Assembly: GCA_036012755.1 (NCBI GenBank)
Contig: DASCPX010000107.1
Location: 1-64,000, forward strand
Direction of reading: 5' to 3'
Length of the DNA: 64,000 bases
From: Myxococcota bacterium
GTDB taxonomy: Bacteria; Myxococcota_A; UBA796; CAJQPC01
Below, piece by piece: positions 52,186 through 59,855 of the stretch (within the stretch, counting starts at the first letter, position 1; the number at the start of each line of letters is the position of its first letter). Below the pieces are notes generated by a model. It saw only the letters and a program-made list of their open reading frames with translations, was not told the DNA's origin and did not search any database. The position numbers and the translations under genes are program-made.

Positions 52186-52727
52186 AACAGCACCACGAGC
52201 AACAGGGCCAGGGCGCCAGCGGGGAGCGTGCCCTCCTCCATGCGCTTGCGGGCCTTCTTCAGGAAGAGGTTGAGCCGCTTGCGCAGGGTGGGGACGGAGA
52301 TGCCGACGAGCTCCGCGGCCTGCTCGCGCGTCATCTCGTCGAAGAAGAGGTAGGTCACGATCTGCCGGGTCTCGTCATCGCAGTCGGCGAGCAGCGCGCG
52401 GATCGTCTCCGAGACCTCCCACCGCCCGGCCTCGGGCCTGGTGAAGCCCTCTCCGACGATGGCGTCCTTGTGCTGGACGCGCTTCTGCTCTCGACCGGTC
52501 CGGTTCCGGATCTGGTTGAGGCAGTGGTTGGTGGAGATCCGGTACATCCAGGTCAGCGGTGAAGAGTGTCCGCGGAACTCGTCCCACTTGTTGATGACCT
52601 TGGCGAAGGTCTCCTGCACCGCGTCGTTGGCGTCCTCGTCGTTTCGGAGGATCTGACGGCAGCGATGAAAGAGGACCGGCCCATAGCGCTCGTAGAGCTC
52701 CCTGATTTCGCCTTCGGTGGCCGTCAA
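52182..52727 (-). CDS. ECF sigma-70 factor with hydrophobic C-terminal tail
   Basis: LYERYG, DANDAVQETF, TWMYRISTNHCLN (region 2); MTREQAAELVGIS..TLRKRL (region 4). TTG start inferred. Confidence 0.9.
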   Translation of the reverse strand: MTATEGEIRELYERYGPVLFHRCRQILRNDEDANDAVQETFAKVINKWDEFRGHSSPLTWMYRISTNHCLNQIRNRTGREQKRVQHKDAIVGEGFTRPEAGRWEVSETIRALLADCDDETRQIVTYLFFDEMTREQAAELVGISVPTLRKRLNLFLKKARKRMEEGTLPAGALALLLVVLL

Positions 52728-52776
52728 CTGAGTTCCGTCCCTTGGACCCCCCAGCTCAGGGGGATCGAAAAGGATC

Positions 52777-53352
52777 TTAGGATCTCTGCGGCGGGCCTGA
52801 TCTGCTGGAGAGCCCGAGGGAGGAGATGAAGATCTCCTCCTCGGCATCGGCCGAGGCCTTGAAGTCGACCCTGACGTGGTCGCGGCCTTCCATGTTCGGG
52901 GCGGGCGACTCGGGGATCCCCAGGTCCTCCAGCACGTCCCTGAAGCTGGGATCGTCGGGGTAGACCCAGACCATGCCGAGCTCGTCGAGCACGAGCTGCT
53001 CCTGCATCGCGCCTCGCAGCCAGAGCTGGTGGCGCGCGTCCCGGTACAGCAAGGTGGCGCAGCGCTGGAGCGCCGAGCGCAGCGCGTGCTCCGGGACGTC
53101 GAGGGCGAGCAGGCGGTGGGGCTCTTCGAGCTGTCTGTTGGCCTGCCGGTCGACGAGCCGCACGTAGAGCACGGACACGGGCTTGGACAGGGCGGCGAGA
53201 AGAGCCGCGTGCGTCTGGGCGAGGCGGTCCGGCGGCACGCTGATGGCCAGGCGGGTGGCGCCGCTGGGGTCCACCTCGCCGCGGTAGGCGAGCGGCGGCT
53301 CGAAGCCATCGAGCTCGCCTGTCGCGGTGACCGAGGTGGCCTTCGGCGTCAC
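52777..53352 (-). CDS. Hypothetical protein
   Basis: GTGA overlap with upstream stop, GGAG RBS, globular composition. Confidence 0.65.
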   Translation of the reverse strand: MTPKATSVTATGELDGFEPPLAYRGEVDPSGATRLAISVPPDRLAQTHAALLAALSKPVSVLYVRLVDRQANRQLEEPHRLLALDVPEHALRSALQRCATLLYRDARHQLWLRGAMQEQLVLDELGMVWVYPDDPSFRDVLEDLGIPESPAPNMEGRDHVRVDFKASADAEEEIFISSLGLSSRSGPPQRS

Positions 53353-53900
53353 AGCTCCTCCAGCTCGCCGAGCCCCCAGCGGGCGTGCCCCGACCAGCGG
53401 TCGTCGGGGCTGGCGAGGACCGAAGTGTAGGCAGCCGTCGCCTGGGTGATCAGGGGCTCGGCGGCCTCCTCCAACAACACGGTCGCGTCGGCCCCGGGCA
53501 CCGGATCCCGGGTCTCGAGGACCGCCGTGGCCGCGAGTCGCAGGGCATCCGCCGTACGGCAGGCTGCGATGTCGCCGAGGTCGTGCTGGGAGGCAGCGGT
53601 CCCGAACAGCTCCAGCGCCCGCTCCGACTCCCCGACGAGGTCCATCGCGCGCTTCTTCGAGGTGGCCGGGTCCGTCGCGGCGGGCCAGCGGTCCATTCCG
53701 AGCACGATCTCCTCTCCGGCGACCAGGGACTTCTCGGCCTCTGTGCTCGCGAGCTCGAAGGGCAGGGCGGCGCCGTAGGGGATCGGGTTGCCAGCGACGG
53801 TCGGCATGAGGATGGGGACCTGTGGCACGTCCCGCTCGACGGCGACCGAGCCGACCGGAGGCTGCTTCGGCCCGCAGGCTATGAGGAGGAGCCAGGACAC
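53349..53900 (-). CDS. Helical lipoprotein, hypothetical
   Basis: MSWLLLIAC; Ala-rich helices. Confidence 0.6.
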   Translation of the reverse strand: MSWLLLIACGPKQPPVGSVAVERDVPQVPILMPTVAGNPIPYGAALPFELASTEAEKSLVAGEEIVLGMDRWPAATDPATSKKRAMDLVGESERALELFGTAASQHDLGDIAACRTADALRLAATAVLETRDPVPGADATVLLEEAAEPLITQATAAYTSVLASPDDRWSGHARWGLGELEEL

Positions 53901-53919
53901 GCCGCCCAGCTAACACCGA

Positions 53920-54936
53920 ATGTTCCCCGCCTCCTACCGCGTCGCCGACCTCCGGATCGAGCCCAACCTGGTGCTGTCACCTATGGAAGGGGTCACGGAC
54001 CTGACCTTCCGGCGGCTCATCAGGGGGATCGGCGGGGCTGGCCTGACCGTCACCGAGTTCGTCCCGGGCGCGGCCCTGGGGCGCGGGGACAAGAAGGTCG
54101 TGCAGACGGTGGAGCTCGACGAGGACGAGCATCCGGTCGCGGTCCAGCTCTATGGCAACGCCCCGGGTCGGATGGCGGAAGGAGCCAGGGTCGTCCAGGG
54201 CATGGGCGCTGACATCGTCGACATCAACATGGGCTGTCCGTCGAAGAGGGTCTGCAGGAGCAGTGGGGGCTCGGCCCTGATGCGCGAGCCCGCGCTGGCT
54301 CGGGAGATCGTGGCGGCGGTGGTCTCGGCGGTGGACATCCCCGTCACGGTGAAGATGCGCTCCGGCTTCGACGCCTCGAACCGGAACGCCCCAGAGATCG
54401 CCTGGATCTGCCAGGAGGAGGGGGCCTCGGCCGTCACGATCCACTGGCGAACCAGACAGGACGGCTACGGCGGCGTGCGCGCGGTCTGCAAGATCGCCGA
54501 GGCCAAGGGTCGGCTGTCGATCCCGGTCCTCGCCAACGGGGACATCGTCGACGTCCGCTCCGCCCGGCGCATGTTCGAGGACACCGGCTGCGACGGTCTC
54601 TTCGTCGGTCGAGGCGCGATCCGGGATCCCTGGCTCCTGCTCCGGCTCCAGCGCTGGATGCGTGGCGAGGAAGAGCCGGTCGTCCAGGACTCGGACAGGC
54701 ACAGGCTGCTGTTGGACTACGTGGCGGGCCTTCGCGCTCGCTTCGCGATCTCCATCGGGAGCCAGGCGAGGGTCGACCACGCCGTGCTGGGTCGCTTCAA
54801 GATGTTCACGAAGCACTTCGCGACGCTGCACCTGTCCAAGGACGAGACGATCCGGACGAAGCTGCTCCGGAGCCAGACCCTCGATACGGCCTTGGGGCAT
54901 GTCGAGGAGTACTTCGACCGCTATCGGGTAGCCTGA
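53920..54936 (+). CDS. dusB: tRNA-dihydrouridine synthase (DusB-like)
   Basis: LSPMEGVTD, QLYG, DINMGCP, VTVKMR, H.RT, ANGDI, GRGA. Confidence 0.88.
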   Translation: MFPASYRVADLRIEPNLVLSPMEGVTDLTFRRLIRGIGGAGLTVTEFVPGAALGRGDKKVVQTVELDEDEHPVAVQLYGNAPGRMAEGARVVQGMGADIVDINMGCPSKRVCRSSGGSALMREPALAREIVAAVVSAVDIPVTVKMRSGFDASNRNAPEIAWICQEEGASAVTIHWRTRQDGYGGVRAVCKIAEAKGRLSIPVLANGDIVDVRSARRMFEDTGCDGLFVGRGAIRDPWLLLRLQRWMRGEEEPVVQDSDRHRLLLDYVAGLRARFAISIGSQARVDHAVLGRFKMFTKHFATLHLSKDETIRTKLLRSQTLDTALGHVEEYFDRYRVA

Positions 54937-54940
54937 GGAC

Positions 54941-56413
54941 GTGGACAATGACCCGCTGATCGGCGCGGTGATCGAGGACCGCTACGAGCTCGTCGCGGCG
55001 ATCGGGCAGGGTGGCGCTGCCCGGGTCTACCGGGCGATCCAGCAGCCGCTGGGGCGCGAGGTCGCGCTGAAGGTCGTCCGGCCCGATCTGCAAGGGGCGC
55101 AGCGGAAGGAGTTCCAGTCCCGCTTCCTGCGCGAGGCCGCCGGGGCTGGACGACTCGCGCATCCGGCCATCGTTCGGGTCTACGACTTCGGCCAGACGGC
55201 GGATGGGGACTGCTTCATCGTCATGGAGCTGCTCGTCGGCCGTCCCCTCCGGCGGCTCGTCAACTCCCCCGTGGACCCGCGCGAGGTAGCCCGCATCGGC
55301 GCCGTCCTGGGGCGTGGGCTCCGACACGCCCACGTCCGCGGCGTCGTCCATCGGGACGTCAAGCCGGGGAACATCCTGCTCGTGCGGGACGACGACGGCG
55401 TCGAGCAGCCGAAGCTCCTGGACTTCGGCCTCGTCAAGGCAGAGGACGAGCCCACCTTCACCGGCGTGGGCACCTTCATGGGTACACCCCACTACATCGC
55501 GCCGGAGCAGGCCAAGAGCGACGGCGTCGTCGACGGGCGAGCCGACCAGTACAGCCTCGGCGTCATCCTCTACCGAATGCTCACCGGAGTCCTGCCCTAC
55601 ATGGCGGAGCACCCCATGGGCATCGCCCTGGCTCACATGAAGGAGCCCTACCCGCCGATGCGCGTCCGCGCGCCAGAGGTCACCGTCGACCCGGAGCTCG
55701 AGGACATCGTGCGGCGCTGCCTCGAGAAGGCCCCTGGGGATCGCTTCCCCGACGGGCGCGAGCTAGCCCGTGCCCTCGAAGCCTGGCTCGGCGCCGGGCC
55801 GGTGCTCCGAGAGGACTCCACGGTGAGCACCATCGAGCTCCCCGAACCAGAGCCAGAGCGCACCTGGGTTCCGCTCGTCGCTGGGGTGATCGGGCTGTTG
55901 CTCGCGCTCGGCGCCGGAGTAGCTCTCTGGCCCGAAGCCACCGAGGAGTTCCCCCTTCCGGTGCCCGATCCCCGCTTCGAGGTCCCCGAACTCACGGCGC
56001 TGCCGGAGACCCCGGTCTCCACCGCGCCGCGGAGCGTGTTCAGCCCACCTCCAGTCGACGAGGAGCCAGTCCTCGGTGAGGTGCCGGTCGAGGTCGCGAT
56101 CGAGGTGCCCGTCGAAGAGCCGCTGGAGCCGCCTGCTCCCGCCGCGGTCGAGCCGCTGGCTCCCGCAGAGGAGCCTCCGCCGGTGGGGCCCTCCGCGTCC
56201 TACGACGGCGTCCAGATGACCCGAGAACAAGCGGCTCGCACCCTGGCCTGGGTCAACGAGGCCGACGAGCAGGCCCTCCGCGCAGGAGGCGTCTACGGCC
56301 GCGGCGCCAACATCATCCTGGAGGCCCGCCCCTTCGCCACGATCGAGGCCTTCGTCGCGACGCCGTACATCGGCGAGAAGACGGTTCGCGCTGCCTACGA
56401 CGCTGCGAACTGA
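54941..56413 (+). CDS. Ser/Thr protein kinase - TM - Pro/Glu linker - ComEA-like HhH domain
   Basis: IGQGGAARV, VALK, HRDVKPGN, DFG, GTPHYIAPE, DQYSLG; TM near 55865-55930; C-terminal VNEA...EARPF...YIGEKT. Confidence 0.9.
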   Translation: MDNDPLIGAVIEDRYELVAAIGQGGAARVYRAIQQPLGREVALKVVRPDLQGAQRKEFQSRFLREAAGAGRLAHPAIVRVYDFGQTADGDCFIVMELLVGRPLRRLVNSPVDPREVARIGAVLGRGLRHAHVRGVVHRDVKPGNILLVRDDDGVEQPKLLDFGLVKAEDEPTFTGVGTFMGTPHYIAPEQAKSDGVVDGRADQYSLGVILYRMLTGVLPYMAEHPMGIALAHMKEPYPPMRVRAPEVTVDPELEDIVRRCLEKAPGDRFPDGRELARALEAWLGAGPVLREDSTVSTIELPEPEPERTWVPLVAGVIGLLLALGAGVALWPEATEEFPLPVPDPRFEVPELTALPETPVSTAPRSVFSPPPVDEEPVLGEVPVEVAIEVPVEEPLEPPAPAAVEPLAPAEEPPPVGPSASYDGVQMTREQAARTLAWVNEADEQALRAGGVYGRGANIILEARPFATIEAFVATPYIGEKTVRAAYDAAN

Positions 56414-56423
56414 GCAGGGATCG

Positions 56424-57104
56424 TCAGGCGATCGGCGTCGAGACCAGGTTCGCCACGTAGAAGAAGTGCAACGTCGCGCCGGCCAGCACGAAGAGGTGCC
56501 AGACCTCGTGGTGGCCGAAGCGCTCCGGCCAGGGGTCGGGCCACTCGCGCCAGAAGATCAGGGCGCCGATGGTGTAGGCGAGGCCGCCGGAGAGCAGCCA
56601 GAAGATCTCGATGCCCGTCAGCTGCGGGAAGAACAGCAGGACAGGGAACAAGCTGAACCAGCCGAAGGCGAGGTAGAGCCCGGTCGACAGCCAGTGGGGT
56701 GCGTCCAGCCAGACGACCTTGAGCAGGACGCCGGCGACCACGAAGGCGCCGACGATGCACAGCATGACGACTCGCCACGCGCCGTCGAGGAGGATCACCA
56801 GACCGGGCACATAGGTGCCGGCGATCAACAGGTAGATCGTCATGTGGTCGATGCGGCGGAGGAGGCGATTGCCGCGCTCTCCGAAGTCGAAGAAGTGGTA
56901 GGCCGCGCTCGCGGCGAAGAGCGCCACGAGCGTGCCGCCGTAGATGCTCGCCGAGGTCACCCTGGCCGCCCCTGGCTCGCAGAAGACGAGCAACAGCACG
57001 AGGCCAACGATGGCGGCGACGAAGCCGGCGAAGTGGGAGAGCCAGGACCAGAAGTCCTTGAAGATGCCGAAGCGCACCCGGATGCCCTGGCGGAAGAAGC
57101 TCAT
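56424..57104 (-). CDS. Hemolysin III / PAQR (TrhA) family membrane protein
   Basis: SAAYH, RRIDH..IYLLIAGTY, GGLAYTIGA, HEVWHLFV, H. Confidence 0.93.
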   Translation of the reverse strand: MSFFRQGIRVRFGIFKDFWSWLSHFAGFVAAIVGLVLLLVFCEPGAARVTSASIYGGTLVALFAASAAYHFFDFGERGNRLLRRIDHMTIYLLIAGTYVPGLVILLDGAWRVVMLCIVGAFVVAGVLLKVVWLDAPHWLSTGLYLAFGWFSLFPVLLFFPQLTGIEIFWLLSGGLAYTIGALIFWREWPDPWPERFGHHEVWHLFVLAGATLHFFYVANLVSTPIA

Positions 57105-59836
57105 TCGTCGCGGCGGCGCCTCATCAGGAGCATGCCGAGCAGTGTAAGCACCGAAGCCGCAGCGGCGCCACCGCCGCTGCAACCGAAGCAGGCAGCGGAG
57201 CCCTGGCAGTCCGCGTCGATGTCGTCGCCAGCGCCGTCACAGTCGTTGTCCTTTCCGTCGTCGCACTGCTCGATGGCGTCCCGGTAGACCCAGGGATCCT
57301 CGTCGTCGCAGTCGCCCTGCGCGGGTGCCTGCCCGTCGCCGTCGTTGTCGTCCCACCACCCTGGGATGCCGCTGTCGGTGGGGGAGGTGCCCGTGTCGGT
57401 GTCGTCTGTGTCGCCGGTGTCCTCTGGGGCGATGCCGTCGACCCCATCGCAGTTCTGGTCGATGCCGTCGTCCAGCACCTCGTCGGCGTTCGGGTAGATC
57501 GTCCCGTCCGTGTCGTCGCAGTCGGTCTCTTCCGGCGGGTCTCCACCACTCTCGTGGCGGAAGCCGTCACCGTCGGCGTCGTAGTCGTCGGCGCCGTCGC
57601 AGTCGCTGTCCACCCCGTCGTACCAGGTGTCGGTCGCGCCCGGGTAGACGCTCGCGTCGTCATTGTCGCAGTCGCCGTCGCTGGGCTTGTAGCCGTCGCC
57701 GTCGTCGTCCTCGTCAGCGGCCTCTGGCCCGCCGAAGCTGCCCATGTCCGAGCGCGAGCCGTCGGTGTCGGTGATGTCGGGGTCCCCAGCGTCCCGGCAA
57801 GGCGAGGTGGAGCTCAGGTACAGGATGTCGTTGTCGGCGTTGTCGTCAACGCTCCAGCCCGTGTAGTCAGGGTCCTTCGAGATGTTGCCGTCCAAGCCAG
57901 TGAGATCACTGAGACCTTGACCCCAGTCGGTGCCGTTGTCGTGGCTGTCGTTGTAGGTGATGACGAAGTCGCTGATCGAGTAGGCACGGAAGCCGTCGCC
58001 GTCGTTGAAGGCGGCGATGTCGTTGACGAGGGTCACACCCTCGCCGTACTCCACGCTGAAGCCGCGCTCGCCGTTGCCGACCGCGTCGGAGTTCTGCACG
58101 ACGAAGGCCCCGGTCGCGTCCGAGACCGTCAGGCCAGTGCCGCCGTTGCCTATGAAGACGCTGTTGGTGACGATGTGTGAGCCGCTCGCCGAGTAGTAGG
58201 CGCCGCCGTCCAGGTTGCCGCGGAAGCTCGTGTTCTCCATGTAGGAGCCGTCGATCGAGACCGCCTTGAGGCCCTCTTCGGCGTTCCCGCTGTAGCTGTC
58301 CGATGTGATCTTGAAGCTGTTGGCGCCGATGACGTAGACGCCCTCTGGGCTGTTGTCGTCGAAGTCGTTCTGGGACGAGATCCATGACTTGGGCGCGTCG
58401 GCATAGACGGCGCCGCCGCTCGTCGTCGCGGTGTTGCGCTGGAAGCTGTTCTTCGACAGCGTGCCCGTGGCCCCCGAGGCGTCGTTGGCGTGGTGGAAGA
58501 CGGCGCCCCCGACGTCGGAGGTGTTCGTCAGGAAGGTGCTGCGCTTGAGGGTCATCGCGGCCCGGTAGACGCGGATCGCCCCGCCCTGGGAGCCGCCGGA
58601 GTTGGCCGTGAAGGTCGAGTCGTAGACCTCCAGCTTGCCCTCGTCGGCGAAGATGGCGCCGCCGGCGATGTCAGCCGTGTTGCTCGTGAAGTCCCCGTCC
58701 TGGATGTAGATGGGCGCAGAGGACCAGATCGCCGCTCCCTCCTCCGTGGCGGTGTTGTCCTCGAAGGTGCAGGTGTCGACGGCGAGGTCCTCGCCGCTGC
58801 CGGTGTCGATCACGTAGACAGCGCCGGAGTCGGAGCTGTGGTTCATGATCGTGCAGTCCCGCAGGGTCAGCTTCGTGCCGCCGCCGAAGTAGATGGCCGG
58901 CCCGCGGATGGTGCTCGCCGCGGCGGTGTTGCCGTCCATCTCGCCGCGGACCTCCATCTTCGTGTCCCAGCTGTAGATCCCGCCCCCGTTCCCGCCTGCG
59001 GCGTTGTCGTTGATCTCCGCGGTGGCCCCGCGGAACCAGCTGCCAGAGCTCGAGTTGGACCCCTCGATGTAGGCGCCTGCGCCGGAGAGCCCGGAGCTGT
59101 TGTTGGTCACGACACAGTTCTGGCAAGCCAGGTCGGAGTCACGGACGTCGACACCGCCACCGTTGTCCGCGGCAACGTTCGAGTCGACCGTGACCCGCGT
59201 CATCGTGACCGTGGAGCCGTCGCGGATCCGGAAGCCCCCGCCGTGCCACTCGGCGGTGTTGTCTTCGACGGTGACGTCGGTGAGGTCCGCCGTCGAGTCG
59301 GTGATGTAGAAGCCCCCGCCCTGGTACGCGGTGTTGCCGCTGACCGTGCAGTTGCTGGCGGTGAGGGTGCTGCCGTCGACGAAGAAGCCGGCCCCGTACT
59401 GGCTGTTGGTGAGCTCCACGTTCTTGACGTTGCAGCTGCTGATCGTCAGCGTGGCGCCGTTGGTGACGAGGTAGCCCCCGCCGTTGCTCTTGCCCGTGAC
59501 GTTGTTGACGCGGATCGACGAGGCCGTCACGGTCGACCCGCGGACCTCCAGCCCCTGGTCGCTGCCGGTCAGCTCGAAGCCCGAGATCGTCACGGTCTCG
59601 CCCTCGTCTACCGACACCGCGTGGGTCTCGCCCGTGGCGTCGATGATCGTGGTCGACGGGCCATCGCCTGTCAGGGTGAGGTTCTTTCCGCTGGTGTCGA
59701 CGGCCTCTTCATAGGTGCCGGCGGCCACGGTGATCGTGTCTCCGCTGCTGGCGGCGTCGATCGCGGCCTGGATGGTGGAGTGGTCACCGGGCACGGAGAG
59801 CGTCGCGCCCCACGCCGGAGCGAGCAGGATCAGCAC
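57101..59836 (-). CDS. Large surface protein: right-handed beta-helix (Pmp-like repeats), MopE-like repeats, MYXO-CTERM-like tail
   Basis: GGAGG RBS, short signal, VPGD..TIQAAI, AGTY.E, FxxN/GGA[IV] repeats, SP..DAGDP, three DCDD-type repeats, CFGC-hydrophobic-RRRR. Confidence 0.85.
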   Translation of the reverse strand: MLILLAPAWGATLSVPGDHSTIQAAIDAASSGDTITVAAGTYEEAVDTSGKNLTLTGDGPSTTIIDATGETHAVSVDEGETVTISGFELTGSDQGLEVRGSTVTASSIRVNNVTGKSNGGGYLVTNGATLTISSCNVKNVELTNSQYGAGFFVDGSTLTASNCTVSGNTAYQGGGFYITDSTADLTDVTVEDNTAEWHGGGFRIRDGSTVTMTRVTVDSNVAADNGGGVDVRDSDLACQNCVVTNNSSGLSGAGAYIEGSNSSSGSWFRGATAEINDNAAGGNGGGIYSWDTKMEVRGEMDGNTAAASTIRGPAIYFGGGTKLTLRDCTIMNHSSDSGAVYVIDTGSGEDLAVDTCTFEDNTATEEGAAIWSSAPIYIQDGDFTSNTADIAGGAIFADEGKLEVYDSTFTANSGGSQGGAIRVYRAAMTLKRSTFLTNTSDVGGAVFHHANDASGATGTLSKNSFQRNTATTSGGAVYADAPKSWISSQNDFDDNSPEGVYVIGANSFKITSDSYSGNAEEGLKAVSIDGSYMENTSFRGNLDGGAYYSASGSHIVTNSVFIGNGGTGLTVSDATGAFVVQNSDAVGNGERGFSVEYGEGVTLVNDIAAFNDGDGFRAYSISDFVITYNDSHDNGTDWGQGLSDLTGLDGNISKDPDYTGWSVDDNADNDILYLSSTSPCRDAGDPDITDTDGSRSDMGSFGGPEAADEDDDGDGYKPSDGDCDNDDASVYPGATDTWYDGVDSDCDGADDYDADGDGFRHESGGDPPEETDCDDTDGTIYPNADEVLDDGIDQNCDGVDGIAPEDTGDTDDTDTGTSPTDSGIPGWWDDNDGDGQAPAQGDCDDEDPWVYRDAIEQCDDGKDNDCDGAGDDIDADCQGSAACFGCSGGGAAAASVLTLLGMLLMRRRRDE
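57232..57709 (-). repeat. Three MopE-like / putative metal-binding repeats (DxDGDG...DCD...P...DGxDxxCDG) in the surface protein; limits approximate
   Basis: DDDGDGY..DCDNDD..DGVDSDCDG; DADGDGF..DCDDTD..DGIDQNCDG; DNDGDGQ..DCDDED..DGKDNDCDG. Confidence 0.85.
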
Positions 59837-59855
59837 AGATGACCTCCGCGGGGCG

